Translations under genes and position numbers: made by a program
Shown here: in pieces, positions 9,461 to 17,533 of the stretch
Layout: every line of letters starts with the position of its first letter
Position numbering within the stretch: position 1 is the first letter of the stretch
Notes under the pieces: model-generated
What the model was told of the DNA's origin: nothing
Databases searched by the model: none
The model's input: only the letters and a program-made list of their open reading frames with translations
NCBI GenBank assembly: GCA_937973585.1
Contig: CALJKN010000192.1
Location: 28,733-92,732 of the forward strand
Origin: an uncultured Helicobacteraceae bacterium
Lineage (GTDB): Bacteria > Campylobacterota > Campylobacteria > Campylobacterales > UBA6016
Direction of reading: 5' to 3'
DNA: 64,000 nt

Positions 9461-9952
9461 TTAGTTTTTACTCATCATATCAAGAGCCGACAACTCTTCG
9501 GCTTCAAATAGTTTTTCAAGATCCAAGATCATAACAACCGTCTCGCCAACTCTAGCCATATTTTTTATAAAGTCGATGTTGATGTTTGTCCCAAACCTCG
9601 GCGGTTCAGATATGTTCGCATCATCGATAGAGAGTACCTCTTCGACCTTATCGACTATAAAGCCGATACTAATTTTGTCTATTTCTACAATGATTATCGC
9701 AGTTTGCTCGTCATACTCAATATGCGGCATATCAAACCTAAGTCTTGTATCGATAACCGGAATAATCGAACCTCTTAGGTTTATAACGCCCACCACGTAT
9801 GCGGGTGTTTTAGGTACGGCAGTTGTTTTCATAATGGCTATTATCTCTTTAACCTGAGAGATATCGATCCCGTATTCCTCTTCCCCTAAAAAAAATGTCA
9901 AAAATTTATTTTTGGAGGCTTTTATGTGTGATTTTTCGCTCTCTTTCATCAT
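9461..9952 (-). CDS. cheW: Chemotaxis coupling protein CheW
   Basis: 163 aa. CheW pattern [18 protein letters not shown]...[13 protein letters not shown]. Its ATG overlaps the cheY stop (TAATG). Confidence 0.9.
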   Translation of the reverse strand: MMKESEKSHIKASKNKFLTFFLGEEEYGIDISQVKEIIAIMKTTAVPKTPAYVVGVINLRGSIIPVIDTRLRFDMPHIEYDEQTAIIIVEIDKISIGFIVDKVEEVLSIDDANISEPPRFGTNINIDFIKNMARVGETVVMILDLEKLFEAEELSALDMMSKN

Positions 9953-10338
9953 TAAATCCCTAAAACCATCTTGATGGATTTTACAAGTTTCTCATCGCTA
10001 AAAGGTTTAACCATCCATCCGGTCACTCCAATATCCTTGCCCATTTGCTTCATATCCGCCGAACTCTCGGTGGTTAAAATGAGTATCGGCTTTTGCTTGA
10101 ATCTGGCATCGTTTTTAATCTCTCTAGCAAGATCCAACCCGTTCATCTGGGGCATATTTATATCCGATATCAGCAGATCGAAGCTCTCGGCTCCGCTTTT
10201 TAAATTGGACAACAACTCCTCCGGATTTAAATACGTCTTAAACTCAACAACTCCAGAAGCTGCAAGCTCCTCCACAGCCATCTGCGCCGTTGCGAGAATG
10301 GTTTTTGAGTCGTCTACGAGTATTACTTTTTTAGCCAC
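9952..10338 (-). CDS. cheY: CheY-like single-domain response regulator
   Basis: Receiver residues are present: DD (ILVDDS), phospho-Asp (LISDINMP), T (LTTES), K (VKPF). I place the start at GTG 10338, preceded by GGAGG at 5-nt spacing. The longer track ORF (to 10476) would overlap the upstream transporter gene. Confidence 0.85.
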   Translation of the reverse strand: MAKKVILVDDSKTILATAQMAVEELAASGVVEFKTYLNPEELLSNLKSGAESFDLLISDINMPQMNGLDLAREIKNDARFKQKPILILTTESSADMKQMGKDIGVTGWMVKPFSDEKLVKSIKMVLGI

Positions 10339-10391
10339 TAGAACCTCCGTGTATCTTTTAAGTCGGTAGATTTTACTATATTTTTCAGTTT

Positions 10392-11462
10392 TTAGTATAT
10401 TTTTTTTGAACTTTGTAAAAGTCTGGAAGAGGCCAGAAACAAAGCCGCCACAAAAGGCCCCACGATAAACCCCCAAAATCCGAAAGTTGCCAGCCCTGCG
10501 GCTATCGAAAAAAATAGTAAAAACTCATTCATTTTATAGTCGGATCGTAACATTACGGCAACTTTTGAGAGCAAAAAAAGCCTCAAAAAATTATCTATCA
10601 AGAATGCCATCACAAACCAACTGTAAAAGGAGATAATAATAGCCCCTATGATGTTCCCCTGCAAAAACTCGTTAGCCGCAACCGGAACCCATACAAGAGC
10701 CGTCCCTAAAATCGGAACAACAGATGAGACAGCCGATAAAAAGCCTAGCATTGCCGCATCATAATCAAAAAATAGCATCAAAACATAAAAAGCAACCCCC
10801 TGTGCCGCCATGACACCAAGAAGGGTCAAAAATACAACGGATATAGCGCTTATAATCTCTTTTCCTAGCTCTTTTTTTTGTTCGGACTCCAACGGTATGA
10901 GCGGCTCAAAAAACCGGACGATATCTTTTTTGAACCAGTGGATTAAAAAGAAGAAAATAACAACCATGGCAAGTTCTGCCATAGATGATGCTACTTTGCC
11001 AAGTATCCCACCGACTATGGAGGCTATATTTTTACCCTCCTCTATCCAAAAAGATTCCGAATTTAGCCTCTCAATCAAGGCAATTGCTTCATTTTTTATC
11101 TGGAGGCTCAAAAAAGAGCTTTTTTGGATCGTCTCCTCAACTGTCCGGATCCAACCCTGTACGGATGAGATATCAAATCCGGATAGGTCATTCAATATAT
11201 ACACCGTAGAGTAGCCGATCGGAGCAAACAGTAAAACACCAAAAATAACGGTAAGGAGCGAAGCCGTTATAAGATTTTTGTTTTTTGCTATCAAATTTAT
11301 CCGGACATTAGAGAGTCTACCGTCAATTCTGTCCGAAAACTCGTATGTTGCCAAAACCAATAAAGATGCAACCAAAAAAGGTTTCAAAAAAATAGAAAAC
11401 AGCCATATAAATAATGCAAACGAGCATAAAAATAACCAACTAGTAAATTTCAATTTTTCCAT
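10392..11462 (-). CDS. AI-2E/PerM-family (UPF0118) membrane transporter
   Basis: 356 aa and polytopic throughout. Size and TM layout are typical of the AI-2E family. Family assignment is by pattern only. Confidence 0.65.
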   Translation of the reverse strand: MEKLKFTSWLFLCSFALFIWLFSIFLKPFLVASLLVLATYEFSDRIDGRLSNVRINLIAKNKNLITASLLTVIFGVLLFAPIGYSTVYILNDLSGFDISSVQGWIRTVEETIQKSSFLSLQIKNEAIALIERLNSESFWIEEGKNIASIVGGILGKVASSMAELAMVVIFFFLIHWFKKDIVRFFEPLIPLESEQKKELGKEIISAISVVFLTLLGVMAAQGVAFYVLMLFFDYDAAMLGFLSAVSSVVPILGTALVWVPVAANEFLQGNIIGAIIISFYSWFVMAFLIDNFLRLFLLSKVAVMLRSDYKMNEFLLFFSIAAGLATFGFWGFIVGPFVAALFLASSRLLQSSKKIY

Positions 11463-11648
11463 TATTTTAAACCTTCATATTACTAAGACGTTTTTATTAT
11501 ATCCGATTTTAAGCGATAAAGGCAGATAATATAGGCACAGTCAAGTACTGAAAACGCAAGGCAGTATCCCAAGGGTTGGGACGCACATCCTGTATGCACT
11601 ATCTACGATGTCAAGTTTTGCCTGCGCCTAAAAATATGAGGAGCAGCA

Positions 11649-12956
11649 ATGAGCTACGAACAATACCACTCTCTATGGAACAAACTAGGTATCGATACCC
11701 AAAAAATAACGGTCGGAGTTGACGGGGCAATCAAAAGACACGAAGAGGTGTTTTTGACGCAAAACAACAGACCGTCAAAAATGGAATACTTTGATGAGTT
11801 TTGGAGAAATCTACAAACGGGCAGAATAGCTGAACTAGACAAACTCAAAGAACAGGGCAAACCGCTTGTCGGAACATTTTGCATATTCGTTCCCGAAGAG
11901 ACTGTCGTGGCGGCAGGAGGTGCTTGTTACGGTCTATGTAGCGGCTCGCCAGCCTCTATACCTGAAGCCGAAAAAGAACTCCCTAGAAACATCTGTCCGC
12001 TAATCAAGTCTGCTCACGGCTTCAAGCTGCTAAAAATGTGCGGATACACTCAATCTGCAGACTTTATATACGGCGAAACGACCTGTGAGGCAAAGAAAAA
12101 AACATGGGAAGTTCTAAACACACACCATCCCGTTCATGTAATGCAAATCCCGCAAAAAAAAGATGAAAAAAGCATGGTATTGTGGGGCAAAGAGGTTGAA
12201 GAGTTCAACACGCATATCGAAGAGGTCGCCGGCAGGGAACTTAGTTTTGAAGAGATGAAAAATGCAACCGAGATTATCAATGCAAAAAGAGCTGCGCTTA
12301 GAAGACTAGACAAATTAAGGGGGATGTATCCTGATATCGTACCTATAAGCGGCAAAGACGGACTACTAATATCTCAAATATCGTTTGTAGATGAACCTAC
12401 CAGGTTTACCGAAATGCTAAACGAATTGTGCGACGAGCTAGAAAAAAGAGTATCACAAAAAAGCAGTGTTTTTGATAGCGATACGGCTAGGCTTATGGTG
12501 CTAGGCACCCCTTTTGCCGCTCCAAACTGGAAGTTACATCACATAGTAGAAACAAGCGGCGGAGCTATCATCAACGAAGAGTCTTGCATAGGGCACAGAT
12601 ACTACAAGGATGACGTAGAGCTTGACGGTGTCGGCACAAAAGAAGAGTTGACGGCAAAAATGATGCAAAGATACAAAAAAATAGATTGCGCTTGTTTCAC
12701 TCCGAACGAAGAGCGAATACAAAAAATAGTCTCCATGTTTAAAGAAAGAGAAGCGGACGGCGTTATTTATTATACGTTGTCATTTTGCCACACATACAAT
12801 GTTGAGTCTTTTTTGGTAGAAAAGGCGCTAAAAGCAGAAGGAATACCATATCTTGCAATAGAATCCGACTATTCACCGGAAGATGCCGGACAGATAAAAA
12901 CAAGGGTTGAGGCGTTTATCGAATCCGTTAAAGCAAAAAAACAGGCAAAAGCCTGA
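11649..12956 (+). CDS. 2-hydroxyacyl-CoA dehydratase / BcrC-HgdB-family protein (double-cubane-cluster-type reductase candidate)
   Basis: 435 aa. Spaced Cys residues typical of the family (FCIFVPEE, GACYGLCSG, NICPLIKS, TTCEAKKK, DCACFTP, SFCHTYN). GAGGAG RBS 5 nt upstream. TGATG overlap with the activase gene. Confidence 0.7.
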   Translation: MSYEQYHSLWNKLGIDTQKITVGVDGAIKRHEEVFLTQNNRPSKMEYFDEFWRNLQTGRIAELDKLKEQGKPLVGTFCIFVPEETVVAAGGACYGLCSGSPASIPEAEKELPRNICPLIKSAHGFKLLKMCGYTQSADFIYGETTCEAKKKTWEVLNTHHPVHVMQIPQKKDEKSMVLWGKEVEEFNTHIEEVAGRELSFEEMKNATEIINAKRAALRRLDKLRGMYPDIVPISGKDGLLISQISFVDEPTRFTEMLNELCDELEKRVSQKSSVFDSDTARLMVLGTPFAAPNWKLHHIVETSGGAIINEESCIGHRYYKDDVELDGVGTKEELTAKMMQRYKKIDCACFTPNEERIQKIVSMFKEREADGVIYYTLSFCHTYNVESFLVEKALKAEGIPYLAIESDYSPEDAGQIKTRVEAFIESVKAKKQAKA

Positions 12957-13702
12957 TGTATTGGGGAGTGGACATCGGCTCGACGTACACCAAAATAGCG
13001 GCATTGGATGCTAACGGTGGCGTATCCGAAGTTTATACGATACATACACTAGTCAACCAAGACGATAGAGTCATGGAGTTTTTAAACGGCAAAAATATAT
13101 CGTCCATAGTTGCCACAGGTTATGGGCGAGACATGATGAAGCAAAAAACTGGATGCAAAAGTATCAGTGAAATACAAGCTCACGCAAAGGGGGCTTGTAT
13201 GTTTTTTGAGGATACCTCTGTTGTTATAGACCTCGGCGGTCAAGACGCAAAAGTGATACAGATAGAAGACGGGCAATTTGTTGATTTTAGAATGAATGAT
13301 AAATGCGCCGCAGGAACGGGAAAATTTCTAGAAATTGCGGCAACAAGACTCGGATTCGCACTCGAAGAGTTTGGAGAAGCGTGCAAAAAATACGACAAGT
13401 TGATAGAAATATCTTCCATGTGTGCCGTATTTGCAGAATCAGAGCTAATATCCCTAATAGCCAAAAAAGAGAGTGCTGAAAATATAGGGGCAGGGGTACA
13501 CAATTCCGTGGCATCAAGGCTATCAACAATGGCTAGAAAATATCAGCTTGACAAAAGAGTCGTATTTACGGGTGGCGGAGCACTAAACCCGCTGCTTGTG
13601 GAAATGCTAGAGTTGCAATTGGAAATCAAACTATCTTTGCATCCTTATCCACAGCTAAACGGTGCAATAGGTGCTGCAAAAATAGCTTTTGACGGGGCTT
13701 AG
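12956..13702 (+). CDS. Acyl-CoA dehydratase activase (BcrAD/BadFG/HgdC-type ATPase)
   Basis: 248 aa. ASKHA motifs GVDIGSTYTKIA, DLGGQDAKVI, FTGGGALN, and NDKCAAGTGKFLE (bridging-cluster Cys context). Confidence 0.85.
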   Translation: MYWGVDIGSTYTKIAALDANGGVSEVYTIHTLVNQDDRVMEFLNGKNISSIVATGYGRDMMKQKTGCKSISEIQAHAKGACMFFEDTSVVIDLGGQDAKVIQIEDGQFVDFRMNDKCAAGTGKFLEIAATRLGFALEEFGEACKKYDKLIEISSMCAVFAESELISLIAKKESAENIGAGVHNSVASRLSTMARKYQLDKRVVFTGGGALNPLLVEMLELQLEIKLSLHPYPQLNGAIGAAKIAFDGA

Positions 13703-13703
13703 T

Positions 13704-13721
13704 AGGAGCTTTTATGCTCCT
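13704..13721. terminator. Hairpin between convergent genes (aggagc-ttttat-gctcct)
   Basis: Perfect 6-bp inverted repeat between the activase stop and the moeA stop. No clear U-tract on either strand. Confidence 0.3.
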
Positions 13722-13754
13722 CTAATCCTGTTGTATACCGCCATTTAAACAACT

Positions 13755-15002
13755 TTAATTAATCATAAAGTCGGAAAACTCTTCGATGAGTCCGGAGTCT
13801 AGCAGAACAACTTTGACGTTATCACCCTCTTCTACCTTTGTTATATTCTCCCCCGTTACGATAAAAGCATTGGATCCTGCTATCGGTTTTAGCATCCCGG
13901 AGCCATACTTGTTTTGCCCGTAAACCTCAAACTCTCCATCTCTCAGAGAGCCTAAAACAACGTTTGCTCTTGAGTTTTTAATCTCAAATCCGATTTTGTT
14001 TTTTGCCAGTACAAAATTTGGATAGAGTGCTTTTGAGCCTTGCATTTTGGCTATTGCAGGTGCTCCGAATAGATAGAAATTGACTATAGCCGACAACGGA
14101 TTTCCAGGGAGTGCCAATACGGCAGTTTCACCCAAATATCCAAACATTGTAGGTTTCCCCGGTTTTAGCTGGATTTTTTTGAATATTACAGAGAGTCCGC
14201 AATCGATAAATGCTCTGCCGATGTAATCGGCCTCACCCATGCTGATTCCTCCGGTAGTCAAAATCAGGTCGTATCCACTAAGCGATTTTATTGCATCCAC
14301 GGTAGCCTCGTATGTATCGGCTAGGAGTCTGACATAGTGAGGCTTTGAGCCGTACTGTTTGCAAAGCGCCATGAGGGTGGATGCATTTGAGTTATAGATT
14401 TGATGCTCTAAGGCCTTATCCCACGGCTCCACTATCTCGTTTCCGCTAGAGATGACGGCTACTTTCGGTTTTGCGGCTACCGTAACGGCAAAAATCCCCT
14501 GACTGGCAAGCATCCCGATAGCAGACGGGGTCAAGACTGTTCCGGTCGACAACAGGGGTTCGTCCATGTCTGCCTCCTCCCCTTTTTTTCTGATGTTTGC
14601 CCCTTTTTTTAGGTTATCCGGCAGAGTGACCCCTGTATCATCCGGCTCAATGCCGTTTTCAAAAGGGACAACAAGCTCGACTGACGGAGGAACCGGGGCT
14701 CCTGTCATTATTTTTATCGCCTCGCCGTCATTTATTGCCACACCTTCCGGATTATCTCCCGCATACACGGTGTATTTGACAACTATACGTTTACCGCCGT
14801 CGGAAACTTTGACCCCATAGCCGTCCATTGCCGAGTTTGTAAAAGCCGGAAGCGGTTTTACGCACAGTATATCCTCTGCCAAAACCATATCTACCGCTTC
14901 AAACAACGATACCGTCTCTTTTTTTGAAAAATTTTTTGTTTTATCCGCAACCAAATGCAAAGCGTCCAAAAATCCTACAATAGGGTCATTACCTTTATTC
15001 AT
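13755..15002 (-). CDS. moeA: Molybdopterin molybdenum/tungsten transferase MoeA
   Basis: 415 aa. MoeA motifs FTNSAMDGYGV, LTTGGISMGEADY, KPGKP. Confidence 0.9.
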   Translation of the reverse strand: MNKGNDPIVGFLDALHLVADKTKNFSKKETVSLFEAVDMVLAEDILCVKPLPAFTNSAMDGYGVKVSDGGKRIVVKYTVYAGDNPEGVAINDGEAIKIMTGAPVPPSVELVVPFENGIEPDDTGVTLPDNLKKGANIRKKGEEADMDEPLLSTGTVLTPSAIGMLASQGIFAVTVAAKPKVAVISSGNEIVEPWDKALEHQIYNSNASTLMALCKQYGSKPHYVRLLADTYEATVDAIKSLSGYDLILTTGGISMGEADYIGRAFIDCGLSVIFKKIQLKPGKPTMFGYLGETAVLALPGNPLSAIVNFYLFGAPAIAKMQGSKALYPNFVLAKNKIGFEIKNSRANVVLGSLRDGEFEVYGQNKYGSGMLKPIAGSNAFIVTGENITKVEEGDNVKVVLLDSGLIEEFSDFMIN

Positions 15003-15134
15003 ATACTTTTCTCCGAAATTTTTTCTCTGTTTGCGGGATATTATAGTTTGGAGATGTTAAAAAGCTTTTATCTGGACGGTTGTGATTTTTTTGGTACAAT
15101 TTTTATAGGTATGTTGCATAAAAAGAGGTGAAGC

Positions 15135-15515
15135 GTGAAAGCAAAAATAAAAGTTTGGATTGAAGACGACAACGGGCAGATAGTTTTCGGTGAGGGGAAA
15201 AAGGCTCTTTTGTCTGCAATCAAAGAGACAGGCAGTATTTTAGGCGCATCTAAAAAAATGGAGCTTGGATACAAAAAAGCGTGGGGGCATGTCAAAGTAG
15301 TCGAAGAGCTGCTGAGCAGTGATATTTTGAGCAAAAAACAAAGAGGCGGAACAGACGGCGGCGGCGCCGAGGTATCGGCTATCGGCGAAGAACTGATATC
15401 AAAATATGAGCTTTTTAGGCTTGATGTAGATGGCTATGCAAGCAAACGGTTTGCCGAGATATTCGGTGAAAACGGGGAATTCTTTGATGGGTTGAAACAA
15501 AAAAATGAGGCTTGA
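15135..15515 (+). CDS. ModE-like winged-helix regulator, N-terminal domain only (no Mop domain)
   Basis: 126 aa with a GTG start. GEGKKALLSAIKETGSILGASKKMELGYKKAWGHV matches the ModE/LysR-type HTH. Too short to hold a molybdate-binding di-Mop domain. Confidence 0.6.
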   Translation: MKAKIKVWIEDDNGQIVFGEGKKALLSAIKETGSILGASKKMELGYKKAWGHVKVVEELLSSDILSKKQRGGTDGGGAEVSAIGEELISKYELFRLDVDGYASKRFAEIFGENGEFFDGLKQKNEA

Positions 15516-16530
15516 TATCGCTTTAAACCCTTTGCCTTTACCGAATAGCGGGGAGATTTTTGCAAACTATTTCGGGAAAAAACCGACACCTAGCGATCGT
15601 AAGAGCCAACTGGAGGCAAAAAATATACTCTCCTCTATAGCCTCCACAATGAATCGTCAAAATATCGTTTATGCAGACTCGACCGTATCTTTGTATTTGG
15701 GTATTTTTGATTACCTAAAATCCATCGGTTGCAACAAAATAGCGGTTAGCAAAAAAGAGAGTATAGATCTGCAACGAATCGCCAAGAGTTTTTACGGAGA
15801 CAACTGCTTTGAGATACAGATAGACAGTAAGTGCAATGTATCGCTCCATTCATTGCAAGAGGCCATAAAACAAGGAGCTGAGGCCTTTTTTGTATCGGAG
15901 ACCGATTATGAGTTGTTTATTGTTGAGAGTCTCGAAAATATCAAGCATACCATAAAAGATGCTCTACTGATAAGTGACGTATCTTTCGGGTGTGCACCTT
16001 CAAAGTATACCGATATACCGTTTGTCAGAGGTGATAGGATAACGGCCGGAACAAAAGCGTCGGTTTTTTGTTTTGATAAAAAAACAAAAAATATCGATCT
16101 CTCCGGAGTGGATTTATTTGCCCTAGCCTCTTTGCACTATGGTATAAAACAAAAAACAGAGCTAAAGATTACAGATACAAAACAAAGAGTAATAAACGCC
16201 TTAAAAACAGTATTCGGTGATGATCTTATATTTTTTATAGAGCCTGACAAGACGTTTAAAAACGGATTTGCATTCGGCCTAAAAGGGATAAAGGCCGGTG
16301 AATTCGTCTATATAATGTCTCTTGATGGAATTATGATTACAAACGGTGAGGGTTGCAATGCTATGACAAAAGAGCCGTCTTTTGTACTTAGGGCTGCCGG
16401 ATACGATATTGAGGCCGCCAGAGAGATGTTGAGCTTTAGTTTTACGGAATTGTCTGATTCCGAAATAGCCGAGACGGTCTCACTATTAGGACTTAGATAC
16501 AGACAACACAAAGCCCTAAGTATAAAATAA
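15505..16530 (+). CDS. Degenerate NifS/IscS-like (class V aminotransferase fold) protein
   Basis: 341 aa. The C-terminal NGEGCNAMTKEPSFVLRAAGYDIEAAREMLSFSF resembles the IscS active-site loop SSGSACtS..EPSyVLrAlG....ssiRfSl. At the expected SxHK PLP site it reads ASLHYGIK. Confidence 0.5.
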   Translation: MRLDIALNPLPLPNSGEIFANYFGKKPTPSDRKSQLEAKNILSSIASTMNRQNIVYADSTVSLYLGIFDYLKSIGCNKIAVSKKESIDLQRIAKSFYGDNCFEIQIDSKCNVSLHSLQEAIKQGAEAFFVSETDYELFIVESLENIKHTIKDALLISDVSFGCAPSKYTDIPFVRGDRITAGTKASVFCFDKKTKNIDLSGVDLFALASLHYGIKQKTELKITDTKQRVINALKTVFGDDLIFFIEPDKTFKNGFAFGLKGIKAGEFVYIMSLDGIMITNGEGCNAMTKEPSFVLRAAGYDIEAAREMLSFSFTELSDSEIAETVSLLGLRYRQHKALSIK

Positions 16531-16593
16531 TCTAATCCCTTAAGCTTTTTATAACATTTTAAAGGCATAATTTCGTTATTCTAAAAATGCATA

Positions 16594-17532
16594 ATGAAAC
16601 GGGGATTATTTTTTATGAAAACAAAAACAGGATTCATCCTTGCCGCACTCCTTTTTGCCTCAACAATACTCTCGGCAAAGGATAAAATAGTGGTTTTCCA
16701 TGCCGGTAGCCTATCGGTTCCGTTTGCGGCCATTGAAAGCGCTTTTGAGTCCAAATATCCTGAGTACGACGTTTTGCGCGAAGCATACGGCTCCAGAACC
16801 GCTGCAAGAAATATAACTGAGCTTAAAAAACCGTGTGACGTGATTGCAACGGCAGATTACAAGGTTATTGACGAACTGCTAATAGAGTCCGGAAATGCAA
16901 CATACAATGCCCTCTTCGCTACAAACTCAATGGTAATTATGTATACCCCAAAATCAAAATTTGCAAACGAGATAAACAACCAAAATTGGTTTAACGTAAT
17001 TCAAAGAGCAGGAGTAAACTACGGACACTCTGACCCGAATGCGGATCCAGCCGGTTACAGGACAATGCTCGTATGGAAGCTCTCGGAACTATTTTACAAA
17101 AAACAGGGATTATTTGATTCGTTAGTTAAAAACAGACCGATAAAAAACATACGCCCGAAAGAGACCGACCTATTGGCGCTTTTGGAAAGCGGTCAACTGG
17201 ATTATCTGTTTATATACGAATCGGTAGCAAAACAACACAAAATGCCGTACGTCAAACTACCGGCTCAAATCGACTTGTCTGACCCTGCAAAAGATGGGGA
17301 GTATAAAAAAGTATTTTTCGATATAACCGGCAAAAAACCTGGTGAAATAGACAGACAATACGGTGAGGCCATAGTATACGGGTTGACGATACCGAAAAAC
17401 CAAAATAGTCCGCAAAATCCGAAAGGGGCAGAACTGTTTGCCTCTTTTGTCCTTTCAAAAGAGGGGCTCGAGATAATGAGGGCAAACGCACATAATCCAC
17501 TTCCATCCGTAGTCATCAAAGGTAAAAAATAA
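16594..17532 (+). CDS. WtpA/ModA-type periplasmic molybdate/tungstate-binding protein
   Basis: 312 aa with a signal peptide. VVFHAGSLSVPF ... CDVIATADY resembles archaeal-type WtpA (FHAGSL ... ADVIATADY). The start may be the internal MKTKTG. Confidence 0.75.
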   Translation: MKRGLFFMKTKTGFILAALLFASTILSAKDKIVVFHAGSLSVPFAAIESAFESKYPEYDVLREAYGSRTAARNITELKKPCDVIATADYKVIDELLIESGNATYNALFATNSMVIMYTPKSKFANEINNQNWFNVIQRAGVNYGHSDPNADPAGYRTMLVWKLSELFYKKQGLFDSLVKNRPIKNIRPKETDLLALLESGQLDYLFIYESVAKQHKMPYVKLPAQIDLSDPAKDGEYKKVFFDITGKKPGEIDRQYGEAIVYGLTIPKNQNSPQNPKGAELFASFVLSKEGLEIMRANAHNPLPSVVIKGKK

Positions 17533-17533
17533 G

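Noticed and set aside
10339-10476. Long form of the cheY ORF (track 9952..10476), which would overlap the transporter gene by 85 nt.
   Set aside because: The receiver domain begins at VAKKVILVDD. GTG 10338 has a GGAGG RBS at ideal spacing. The upstream 46 codons (MGVYRGAFCGGFV...) are the out-of-frame 3' end of the AI-2E gene.
11530-11630. The GC-rich patch upstream of the dehydratase gene as a tRNA, SRP RNA or Moco riboswitch.
   Set aside because: It has no cloverleaf or T-loop (GTTCGAATC-like) sequence, no SRP GGAA-tetraloop/AGCA motif, and none of the Moco-motif conserved blocks as I remember them. It is kept only as an unclassified structured leader in the findings.
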